From Macrostomum lignano (Eukaryota): a stretch of DNA of 29,008 nt. Location: the NCBI GenBank assembly GCA_002269645.1, contig NIVC01003502.1, forward strand, positions 1 through 29,008. The letters run 5' to 3'. How positions within the stretch are numbered: position 1 is the stretch's first letter; each line of letters opens with the position of its first letter. The notes below the pieces were generated by a model. That model saw only the letters and a program-made list of their open reading frames with translations, ran no database searches and was not told where the DNA came from. Positions 16,019-26,703 of this stretch are shown piece after piece. The position numbers and the translations under genes are program-made.

Positions 16019-17057
16019 AAGAGTAAGGGTTGAGGTCATCTCTGAGTAGGGTTGAGGTCATCTCTGAGTAGGGTTGAGGTCATCTCTGAGTAGGGTTGAG
16101 GTCATCTCTGAGTAGGGTTGAGGTCATCTCTGAGTAGGGTTGAGGTCATCTCTGAGTAGGGTTGAGGTCATCTCTGAGTAGGGTTGAGGTCATCTCTGAG
16201 TAGGGTTGAGGTCATCTCTGAGTAGGGTTGAGGTCATCTCTGAGTAGGGTTGAGGTCATCTCTGAGTAGGGTTGAGGTCATCTTTGAGAAGGGTTGAGGT
16301 CATCTCTGAGTCGGGTTGAGGTCATCTCTGAGTAAGGTCGAGGTCATCTCTGAGTAGGGTTGAGGTCATCTCTGAGTAGGGTTGAGGTCATCTCTCTGAG
16401 TAAGGGTTGAGGTCATCTCTGAGTAGGGTTGAGGTCATCTCTGAGTAAGGTCGAGGTCATCTCTGAGTAGGGTTGAGGTCATCTCTGAGTAGGGTTGAGG
16501 TCATCTCTGAGTAGGGTTGAGGTCATCTCTGAGTAGGGTTGAGGTCATCTCTGAGTAGGGTTGAGGTCATCTCTGAGTAGGGTTGAGGTCATCTCTGTGT
16601 AGGGTTGAGGTCATCTTTGAGTAAGGGTTGAGGTCATCTCTGAGTAGGGTTGAGGTAATCTCTGAGTAAGGTCGAGGTCATCTCTGAGTAGGGTTGAGGT
16701 CATCTCTGAGTAAGGTCGAGGTCATCTCTGAGTAGGGTTGAGGTCATCTCTGAGTAGGGTTGAGGTCATCTCTGAGTAGGGTTGAGGTCATCTCTGAGTA
16801 GGGTTGAGGTCATCTCTGAGTAGGGTTGAGGTCATCTCTGAGTAGGGTTGAGGTCATCTCTGTGTAGGGTTGAGGTCATCTTTGAGTAAGGGTTGAGGTC
16901 ATCTCTGAGTAGGGTTGAGGTCATCTCTGAGTAAGGTCGAGGTCATCTCTGAGTAGGGTTGAGGTCATCTCTGAGTAGGGTTGAGGTCATCTCTGAGTAG
17001 GGTTGAGGGCATCTCTGAGTAGGGTTGAGGTCATCTTTGAGTAAGGGTTGAGGTCAT
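16019..17057. repeat. 22-bp minisatellite (about 47 copies)
   Basis: GAGTAGGGTTGAGGTCATCTCT in tandem. Confidence 0.98.
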
Positions 17058-17564
17058 TTTTTCAGCAAGATTATCTCTTATAGTTGTTAGGATTCAATAT
17101 TTAGGGTTCCAAAGAAGGGTTAACATGCGGCCTATGTTTTCCATCGCTATTGTACGAAGATCTTGTATTAACAATCCTCCCATCGATGAAAACCGATGAA
17201 AATAGGCCAAACTTCGAAGCAGAAACACGGATGCGTGGGAGTACACTATAATATATCAAGCAATCCGGCAAAGTCCAAGATCTGCAATCAGCTGTGCTAG
17301 AGAAATCTTTTTTACTCTATTCATATCCCATTTCTCCATCCACAACTTTCCCTAATTCCGCTACCCCCGATGCTTTTACAAGGGAAATTCTTGGCTAGCA
17401 ACAACTTGAAGGAAAATTCCATTCACTAATGCGGCTGCCAGCTCCAGCTTCGTGAACTTTCATTCATGGCGAGCGCATTAAGGGCTTGAACGAAATTTGG
17501 ACTTTTGTCAAGGACAAGCATTCCATGTGAATCGAGGTGCCGATCTGAAGGAGTGTACTCTTTG

Positions 17565-18090
17565 AGGATAAACTGTCTATGGCACAAACGCCCAACCCGA
17601 GAATTAAGGATAAACTGTCTATGGCACGCACAAACCCAAGCATAGAATTCATAATAAATTGTCTATGGCACAACCCCCGACCAAGGGATTTCAGGATAAA
17701 CTGTCTATGACACAACCCCCGACCAAGTGATTCCAGGATAAACTGTCTATGACACAAACGCCCGAGCAGGGATTCAGAATGAGCTTCCTATAGCACAAAG
17801 GCCCGAGCAGGGAATTCAGGATAAATTGTCTATGGCACGAACCCTCGACCAGGGAATTTAGTATAAACTGTCTATGTCACAAACGCCAGAGAAGGGAATT
17901 CATGATGAACTGTCTCTAGTACAAACGCCCGACCAGGGATTTCAGGACAAACTGTCTATGGCACGAACCCTTGACCACGGAAATCAGGACAATTGTCTAT
18001 GGCACAAACGTCAGAGCACAGGGAATTCAGGATAAACTGTCTATGGCACAAAGGCCCGAGCAGGGAATTCAGGATAAACTGTCTACGACA
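17565..18090. repeat. Diverged 42-bp tandem repeat (about 12 copies)
   Basis: Consensus close to AGGATAAACTGTCTATGGCACAAACGCCCGAGCAGGGAATTC. Confidence 0.92.
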
Positions 18091-18602
18091 TAACAGCCTA
18101 CAAAGCAATTCGCATAGTCTATGGTACAAGCATAGCGGCGAACCTGTCAGAAGTTATCCTCAGATAAAAGCAAATAAAACCTTTTTGCTAAAAAGGTCAC
18201 TCTGAACGTTTCGTTAAACTTAATATAGTTAAATTTATTATTGCATGGGCCAAACAACGCATACAACAAAAAATATTTATGCACTTTCCCTGTTTGAAAA
18301 ACCATTTATTACAAAATTTTCATCTCGGCCGCAATGCAAAACAGGAAATTATTATTTAAGGGCGGGAGACAGGGTTGGACAAGATAAGAGCAAAATCTGG
18401 GGAGAAAAAAGCACCCGAGTTGATTGCATATCGATTTTGTCCCAGCTGAACGAAGCTCTTGGCAAATTCTTTAATCCCAGTTGGCTGGCGACTGTCTGTT
18501 GCTGGGTCCTGCTCGATTTGCTAGGAAATATTTTCTGTCAAAATTTATAGCTGAGTTCGGAGTAGAATAAAGGCTGCCCTGTGCACTCTTGCCTGTCTTT
18601 AT

Positions 18603-18968
18603 CTGGATTGATTCTGTCATTCCAGATTGATTCTGTCACTCCAGATTGATTCTGTCACTCCAGATCTATTCTGTCACTCCAGATTGATTCTGTCACTCCA
18701 GATCTATTCTGTCACTCCAGATTGATTCTGTCACTCCAGATCTATTCTGTCACTCCAGATTGATTATGTCACTCCAGATCTATTCTGTCACTCCAGATTG
18801 ATTCTGTCACTCCAGATCTATTCTGTCACTCCAGATTGATTCTGTCACTCCAGATCTATTCTGTCACTCCAGATTGATTCTGTCACTCCAGATCTATTCT
18901 GTCACTCCAGATTGATTGTCACTCCAGATCTATTCTGTCACTCCAGATCGATTCTGTCACTCCAGATC
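18603..18968. repeat. 19-bp minisatellite organised as a 38-bp dimer
   Basis: CCAGATTGATTCTGTCACT alternates with CCAGATCTATTCTGTCACT. Confidence 0.96.
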
Positions 18969-19077
18969 TTTCTCTTCTGTCAGATTTAGTCAAGTATTTT
19001 TTCGCTTTAATTCCCATGATTTCAAGTAAAACATTGAAGCGGTTTTGCTATTAAAATAGTTCTATTTTTGTTATTAA

Positions 19078-19899
19078 ACTAGAATGCAACTAGTGAGCTA
19101 CTAGACTACAACTAGTGTGCTACTAGACTGCTACTAGTGTGCTACTAGACTGCAACTAGTGTGCTACTAGACTGCAACTAGTGTGCTACTAGACTGCAAC
19201 TAGTGTGCTACTAGACTACAACTAGTGTGCTACTAGACTGCTACTAGTGTGCTACTAGACTGCAACTAGTGTGCTACTAGACTGCAACTAGTGTGCTACT
19301 AGACTGCAACTAGTGTGCTACTAGACTGCAACTAGTGTGCTACTAGACTGCAACTAGTGTGCTACTAGACTGCAACTAGTGTGCTACTAGACTGCAACTA
19401 ATGTGCTACTAGACTGCAACTAGTGTGCTACTAGACTGCAACTAGTGTGCTACTAGACTGCAACTAGTGTGCTACTAGACTGCAACTAGTGTGCTACTAG
19501 ACTGCAACTAGTGTGCTACTAGACTGCAACTAGTGTGCTACTAGACTGCAACTAGTGTGCTACTAGACTGCAACTAATGTGCTACTAGACTGCAACTAGT
19601 GTGCTACTAGACTGCAACTAGTGTGCTACTAGACTGCAACTAGTGTGCTACTAGACTGCAACTAGTGTGCTACTAGACTGCAACTAGTGTGCTACTAGAC
19701 TGCAACTAGTGTGCTACTAGACTGCAACTAGTGTGCTACTAGACTGCAACTAGTGTGCTACTAGACTGCAACTAGTGTGCTACTAGACTGCAACTAGTGT
19801 GCTACTAGACTGCAACTAGTGTGCTACTAGACTGCAACTAGTGTGCTACTAGACTGCAACTAGTGTGCTACTAGACTGCAACTAGTGTGCTACTAGACT
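19078..19899. repeat. Highly homogeneous 22-bp minisatellite (about 37 copies)
   Basis: CTAGACTGCAACTAGTGTGCTA in tandem. Confidence 0.98.
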
Positions 19900-20639
19900 G
19901 TCCTTGAAAATCGTGCAAGGCCAGATCGGGCTGGGCTTCTAAAAATACATCAGCAAGATTGAAATGCTTCAGTTTTGTTTTAAACACATTATAAAGATTG
20001 CTTCATATTTTGGAGTTTCATTCAAGGTGTCAATCAATAAAAACCGCATATTGTCATTTTAGTGCTAAAAAACGAAAACAGACGTCCAGCGATGACTAGG
20101 CGACGTTAATCCGACCTACGCGTATTTAACACCCATCTATCTTAGAGAACATCACGCGGGGCTTGCATGATTTTTTTAATTTTGTTTTCCATATAATACA
20201 TTATTATGAGCTCAGCTCACAATTTTTTTTCAACGCGATATCAACTGCTGCAGCCTAATTAGAATGCAGGTGAGCCAGCCGAGTCACCTTTGCCAACCGC
20301 TCGGGAAGAAAGAAAGAGAAAGAAAGAATGCAGCATTATCACAAGGCGAGTGCGCGCTGCAGATTCAAGGCTGGACAATCGCTGCTTAAAAGATAGCTGG
20401 GCCCGTTCATGCGTGGCATTGTGCCAGCAGCCTCCCCCCCCCCACTGTGCTATGCTCTGCCTGCCAGACCCTCATGCTTCTCTCTGGCTGGGGATGGGGG
20501 TAAACAACAAGCAACTTTCCTGCACTTGTACTGCTTAAATAACCAAACGGCCAGGGCTTTTTCGAAAATGATAGAAGATTGAAGCCACCATCTATAGTTT
20601 TCAAGCCTTAGCGCCTCAAAACTGCTGAAACTCAGAGCC

Positions 20640-22170
20640 ATGCAGGCAAGCAGCAAGCCGACAAACCTGGCCCAGACTTATAGGGCCACGCACCAGACAA
20701 GGGCACCGCCTGCCGAAGAGAAAAGCGACATCGCCGACAATCCGTTCCTGAACGCCTTCATTGCCATTGACGAGGACGGCAGCGAGACCATCACGGTTGA
20801 TGAGCTGAGGGCCTACATGAAGAAGAACAACTTTCAGGAGTCCTTTGTCAAGGTTCGGTTGGCGACTAACCGGGCTGGGCTGCTCCAGATGGGAATTTAG
20901 AAACTAAGAAGGAGAGGCCAGAGCTCTAAGACAGACAGCCATTCCGTGCGCGGCCCCACATTCATTGGGGGGCTGGTGTGCACGTAAAATAAAATTGGCC
21001 CGAGGGGATTGTCATGCCATAAAGGGGGGGGGCGTAGCCCAGCGGTAGCACAGCTGCTCTGGTGTGCCAGCGGCCCAGGCTCGATTCCAAGTGCAGTCAC
21101 ATTAATTTGAGACTAAATTGGAATCTCGGCTTGGCTCTGCTCGTGCAATTAACGCCATTGAGAGCCAACCCCCCAAGGCACAGTGAAGTGTACATGCCTA
21201 ACGATAAATAAAGCTAGGGCCGCTGTACACTCCTGTGTGAGTGTGCGCCTGTGCGTATGACTGCGTACGTATCGCGCGCTTGTGTGCCTGCTCAGGGGAG
21301 TCGGCGGAATGGGCAGCAATGCCTCTCGCCGGTTGTGCGACAATGTCGCTTGAAGTGCGCCAGAGTGCACACAGCCCCCGGCCTCTAATAAAAAAAATTG
21401 TCATGTCATTCACAGCCATGAGGGCCAACCCCCAAGGCACAGAGAGTGTACATGCCTGACGATTAGAAAGTCAGGGCCGCTGTACACCCTGGGTGAGCTG
21501 TGTATGAGTGCTTTGCCTGCGTGCAGTATTGGCGCGCTTCAGTCAGTGCTGATGGCGGGACGATGTCGCTGAGGGCATTGCGCCAGGGTGCCATATTACA
21601 GACGGACACTAAGATACCAAGCGATAAAAAGCTACAGACAGACGATTCACTGCAACAACTCAAATTTCCGCACAGAAATGGCTCACCATGTTCGACCTAG
21701 ACGGAGACGGAGTCATCAGCTTTGACGAGTTCTGCGAAGTCCTCGGCCTGCAGACGAAAAGCGCGTAAGCTGAACTGTTTAATCCCGCTAGACCGTGGCA
21801 TTCAAAAGTTAAAATAGATCAAATGCAAAATCGGGTTTTCAGACGCAACTACCGACGCCAGAGCCTCATCCGCTCCGGCCTGCCAAGCGACGTCCGAATC
21901 ATCCTGGTCCACATGAGCGAGTGGACCCAGTACCAGGTCGTGCAAATCGTCCGCAACGCCTGCTCGAACTTCAACGACGAGCGCGACATCGCTTTGAACG
22001 TGAAGCAGCGTCTTGACCGCGAGTTCGGCCCGATGTGGCACATCATGATAGTGCAGGGCAAGTACTACGCCAGCTACAGTCACGAGCCGGAGATGTGCAT
22101 CTTCTTCAAGTTCGACTCTCGGGTGTTCTTAATCTGGAAGACGCCGGAGGAAGGACCGCGAAAGCAATGA
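20640..22170 (+). CDS. EF-hand + dynein-light-chain-like domain protein (tegumental allergen-like/TAL architecture), 209 aa; join(20640..20852,21676..21764,21843..22170)
   Basis: Both introns are GT-AG (20853-21675, phase 0; 21765-21842, phase 2) and splice to a 630-nt open frame. EF loops DEDGSETITVDE (exon 1) and DLDGDGVISFDE (exon 2); the C-terminal DLC fold has KQRLDREFGPMWHIMIVQGKYYASYSHEP and ends FLIWKTP. Confidence 0.92.
21024..21396 (+). mobile_element. Full-length tRNA-derived SINE in TAL intron 1
   Basis: tRNA-like head GGGGGCGTAGCCCAGCGGTAG with A-box TAGCCCAGCGG (21034-21044) and B-box GGCTCGATTCC (21078-21088); A-rich tail at about 21387-21396; flanking direct repeat ATTGTCATG(C/T)CAT at 21008-21020 and 21397-21409; the body recurs twice nearby. 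Confidence 0.8.
21418..21592 (+). mobile_element. Older, degenerate partial copy of the same SINE body
   Basis: GCCAACCCCCAAGGCACAG...GTGTACATGCCT.ACGAT...AGGGCCGCTGTACAC matches 21158 onward, with many substitutions further on. Confidence 0.7.
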
Positions 22171-22457
22171 AAGTTATTTCCAACCTTCGAACAACATATC
22201 TATAAAAGCGCATTCTTATCGTTAGGAAGTTTACTACGTCCTGTCATGTTAAAATCATCCAAGTGTACCGCTGTATGAAAGATACTCGTAGCGATTTGTT
22301 TTTTTGTTAGTTAAAAACTAGACCGGGTTTACACTTTAGCCGTACAGTGTGAACCAAATAGAAATCCCATGGCAGAAATAGTTCTCACATTTCGGTAAAA
22401 ACTTTAAATTAATCAAATTAAATTCGACTCTCGTGATTTGCAACACATCATTCTTAC

Positions 22458-22734
22458 AGGCAGGGCTGTGTCCCTGGCGCACTTTAAGCGACATTATCGC
22501 ACAACCGGCGAGGGGCATTGCTGCCCATTCCGCCGACTCCCCTGAGCAGGCACACAAGCGCGCGGATACGTACGCAGTCATACGCATTGGCACACACTCA
22601 CACAGGAGTGTACAGCGGCCCTAACTTTATTTATCGTTAGGCATGTACACTTCACTGTGTCTTGAGGGTTGAGGGCCCTCAATGGCGTTAATTGCACGAG
22701 CAGAGCCAAGCCGAGATTCCAATTTAGTCTCAAA
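22458..22734 (-). mobile_element. Inverted copy of the SINE body, head removed by Helitron insertion
   Basis: Reverse complement matches 21106-21384 (first 57 nt identical, roughly 90% overall by eye); the match stops exactly at the Helitron CTAG. Confidence 0.88.
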
Positions 22735-22880
22735 CTAGCAATCTTCGCCCCCCGTTGGGGGACATCTGTATAGAATCTCTGTTCTCTACAAGTAACAGAA
22801 AGATAGCCAAATAAAGCCTTCACGAAGAAAACAGACAAAATACTCAAATGAAGTGCAATGCAAAAAGAAATCATCCCAAG

Positions 22881-23006
22881 ACAGCAAGCATCCCCCAAAT
22901 AGCAAGCATCCCCCAGATAGCAAGCATCCCCAAAATAGCAAGCATCCCCCAGATAGCAAGCATCCCCTAGATAGCAAGCATCCTCCAGATAGCAAGCATC
23001 CACCAG
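22881..23006. repeat. 18-bp tandem repeat, 7 copies, inside Helitron
   Basis: ATAGCAAGCATCCCCCAG units. Confidence 0.95.
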
Positions 23007-23092
23007 ACAATAAGTAGCTAGTGCGACAATTTCCTTAGCATTATAGTGACTCCTTTAAAATTCGCTTACTTTTACGTTTGAAACTGTGTATC

Positions 23093-25770
23093 TTTTATGT
23101 TTGACATGGTGGCTCTTTTATGTTTGACATGGTGGCTCTTTTATGATGACATGGTGGCTTTTTTATGTTCTACATGGTAACTCTTTTATGTTTAATACGG
23201 TGGCTTTTCAATGTCTGACATGATGGCTCTTTTATGTTTGACATGGTGGCTCTTTAATGTTCGAAATGGTGGTTCTTTAATGTTCGAAATAGTGGCTCTT
23301 TAATGTTCGAAATGGTGGCTCTTTTATGTTTGACATGGTAGCTCTTTAATGTTTGACATGGTGGCTCTTGTATGTTCGACATGGTGGCTCTTTAATGTTC
23401 GAAATGGTGGCTCTTTAATGTTTGACATAAAGTCACATATATGTTTGACATGGTGGCTCTTGAATGTTCGACATGGTGGCGCTTCTATGTTTGACATGGT
23501 GGCTCTTTATTGTTTGACATGGTGGCTCTTTAATGTTCGAAATAGTGGCTCTTTTATGTTTGACATGGTGGCTCTTAAATATTTGACATGGTGGCTTTTT
23601 AATGTTTCACATGGTGGCTCTTTAATGTTAGACATGGTGGCTCTTTAATGTTTGACATAATGGCTCTTTAATGTTTGACAATGTGGCTCTTTAATGTTTT
23701 ACATGGTGGCTCTTTTATGATCGACATGGTGGCTCTTTTATGTTCGACATAGTGGCTCTTAAATATTTGACATGGTGGCTTTTTAATGTTTCACATGGTG
23801 GCTCTTTAATGTTAGACATAATGGCTCTTTAATGTTTGACAATGTGGCTCTTTAATGTTTTACATGCTGGCTCTTTTATGATCGACATGGTGGCTCTTTT
23901 ATGTTCGACATGGTGGCTCTTTAATGTTCGAAATGGTGGCTCTTTAATGTTTGACATAAAGTCACATATATGTTTGACATGGTGGCTCTTGAATGTTTGA
24001 CATGGTGGCTCTTTATTGTTTGACATGGTGGCTCTTTAATGTTCGAAATAGTGGCTCTTTTATGTTTGACATGGTTGCTCTTTAATGTTCGACATGGTGG
24101 CTCTTTATTGTTTGACATAAAGTCACAAAAATGTTTTACATGGTGCTTCTTTTATGCTCTGCATGGTGCCTCTAAATGTTTGACATGGTGGATCTTTTAT
24201 GTTTGACATGGTGGGTCTTTTATGTTCGACATGGTGGCTCTTAAATGTTTGACATGGTGTCTCTTTAATGTTCGAAATGGTGGCTCTTTAATGTTTGACA
24301 TGGTGGCTCTTTATTATTCGACATGGTGGCTCTTTAATGTTCAAAATCGTGGCTCTTTATGTTTGACATGGTTGCTCTTTAATGTTCGACATGGTGGCTC
24401 TATAATGTTAGACATGGTGGCTTTTTAATGTTCGACATGGTGGTCCTTTTATGTTGGACATGGTGGCTCTTTAATGTTTGACATGGAATCACATATATGT
24501 TGGACATGGTGTTTCTTTAATGTTCGACATGGTGGCTCTTTAATGTTCGACATGGTGGCTCTTTAATGTTAGACATGGTGGTTCTTTAATGTTCGACATG
24601 GTGGCTCTTTAATGTTTGACATTGTGGCTCTTTTATGTTCGACATTGTGGTTCTTTTATGTTCGACATGGTGGCTCTTTTATGTTCGACATGGTGGCTCT
24701 TTTATGTTCGACATGGTGGCTCTTTTATGATGACATGGTGGCTCTTTAATGTTCGAAATGGTGGCTCTTTAATGTTTGACATGGTGGCTCTTTAATGTTC
24801 AAAATGGTGGCTCTTTTATGTTTGACATGGTTGCTCTTTAATGTTTGACATGGTGGCTCTATAATGTTAGACGTGGTGGCTTTTTAATGTTTGACATGGT
24901 GCCTCTTTAATGTTCGACATGGTAGTCCTTTTATGTTTGACATGGTGGCTCTTTAATGTTTGACATGGAATCACATATATGTTGGACATGGTGTTTCTTT
25001 AATGTTCGACATGGTGGCTCTTTAATGTTCGACATGGTGGCTCTTTACTGTTTGACATAGATTCACATATATGTTTGACATGGTGGCTCTTTTATGTGTG
25101 ACATAGTGGCTCTTTTATGTTTGACATGGTGGCTCTTTAATGTTTGACATGGTGGCTCTATTATGTTCTTCATGGTGGCTCTTTTATGTTTGACATGGAG
25201 TCACGAATATACTTGACATGGTGACTCGTTAATGTTTGACCTGGTGGCAGCTTAACGTAATGATGGCTCTTTAATGTTTGACATGGTGGCTCTTTAATGT
25301 TAGACATGGTCGCTCTTTAATTTTTGACATGGTGGCTCTTTAATATTTGACATGGTGGCTCTTTTATGTTTGACATGATGGCTCTTTAATGTTCTACATG
25401 GTGGCTCTTTAATGTTTGACATGGTGGCTCTTTAATGTTTGACATGGTGGCTCTTTAATGTTTGACATGGTGGCTCTTTAATATTTGACATGGTGGCTCT
25501 TAAATGTTAGACATGGTGGCTCTTAAATGTTAGACATGGTGGCTCTTTAATGTTTGACATGGTGGCTCTTTAATGTTTGACATGATGGCTCTTTTATGTT
25601 TGACATGGTGGCTCTTTTATGTTTGACATGGTGGCTCTTTTATGTTTGACATGGTGGCTCTTTTATGTTTGACATGGTGGCTCTTTTATGTTTGACATGA
25701 TGGCTCTTTAATGTTTGACATGAAGTCACATATATGTTGGACATGGTGGCTCTTTAATGTTTGACATTGT
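23093..25770. repeat. 23-bp satellite array (about 116 monomers) inside Helitron
   Basis: ATGTTTGACATGGTGGCTCTTT(T/A) units with variants. Confidence 0.97.
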
Positions 25771-25828
25771 GCTTTTTTGTGTTTAGCATTTTGTGTTTTT
25801 AAGGTTTTTGAATAAAAAAATCTTTTTG

Positions 25829-25897
25829 CACTACTAAGATTCGAACCCAGGTCGCTGCATTAGCAGTCCAGTCTTTTCGCATCTATGCTATCTCTTT
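25829..25897 (-). pseudogene. Degenerate tRNA-like sequence (tRNA-Ser(GCT)-like anticodon arm) with Pol III A and B boxes, inside Helitron
   Basis: Minus strand TAGCATAGATG (A-box), CTGGA-CTGCTAA-TGCAG (anticodon arm, 4/5 pairs), CTGGG-TTCGAAT-CTTAG (T-arm/B-box), then T7 about 15 nt downstream; the acceptor stem does not pair. Confidence 0.55.
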
Positions 25898-26507
25898 TCA
25901 ATTGGAGATCATGAATTGTGGCCCTTATAATTAAATTCTTATTGCAAATCGGTTAGAGTTAAAAGTTATGACATAATCAATTTCCCAGTCAGCTATTATC
26001 AGTGTCAATTTAAGTTAGCAATATGGTTACGCAATTTAAATCAAGTTTTGTGTGCATTTCTTCGGCACTGTTTTCAACTGGTTGTGATGCAATCCTTATC
26101 ACAATTGGAATTCAGTCAGTCAGTTTTTTCTCTAGCATTCTTACAACGCATTTCAGGTCGAAAGAGCTGCTTGACCTTTGCAAAAAAGCATGTTTTTCGA
26201 ATATTTAATCCCTTTAACATTGAGCAATTTCTTAGCCAAGATGCATGTACCGTCCCAGGAAAATTTCTGATCGAATGGTGCAAGTTTGAAGAAAATCGGT
26301 TGAGCCATTTTTTCTGAAATCTATCGCATACCCACAGACAACTCATTTTTAGTATATAGGACTAGCAATCTTCGCCCCCCGTTGGGGGACATCTGTATAG
26401 AATCTCTGTTCTCTACAAGTAACAAAAAGACAGCCAAATAAAGCCTTCACAAAGACAACAGACAAACTGCTCAAATAAAGTGTAATGCAAAAAGAAATCA
26501 TCCCAAG

Positions 26508-26615
26508 ACAGCAAGCATCCCCCAGATAGCAAGCATCCCCCAAATAGCAAGCATCCCCCAGATAGCAAGCATCCCCCAGATAGCAAGCATCCCCAAATAG
26601 TAAGCATCCACCAGA
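26508..26615. repeat. 18-bp tandem repeat, 6 copies, second Helitron
   Basis: Same unit as 22881-23006. Confidence 0.95.
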
Positions 26616-26703
26616 CAATAAGTAGCTAGTGCCACAATTTCCATAGCTCTATAGTGGCTCCTTTAAAATTGGCATGACGCTTACTTTTACGTTTGAAATT
26701 GTG

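Larger units (their letters stand above)
22735..26361 (-). mobile_element. Non-autonomous Helitron (3627 bp) carrying satellite arrays
   Basis: Minus strand begins TCCTATATACTAAAAATGAG (26361) and ends CCCCC-AAC-GGGGG hairpin, 10 nt, CTAG (22738-22735), then a target T; no TSD, no TIR, no long non-repeat ORF. Confidence 0.85.

Noticed and set aside
21024-21100. Functional tRNA gene
   Set aside because: There is no paired acceptor stem, and it continues into a repeated body with tail and TSD, so it is a SINE head.
21823-22170. Stand-alone 115-aa dynein light chain gene
   Set aside because: The ATG lies in intron 2; the TTTTCAG acceptor at 21842 joins in phase to the EF-hand exons.
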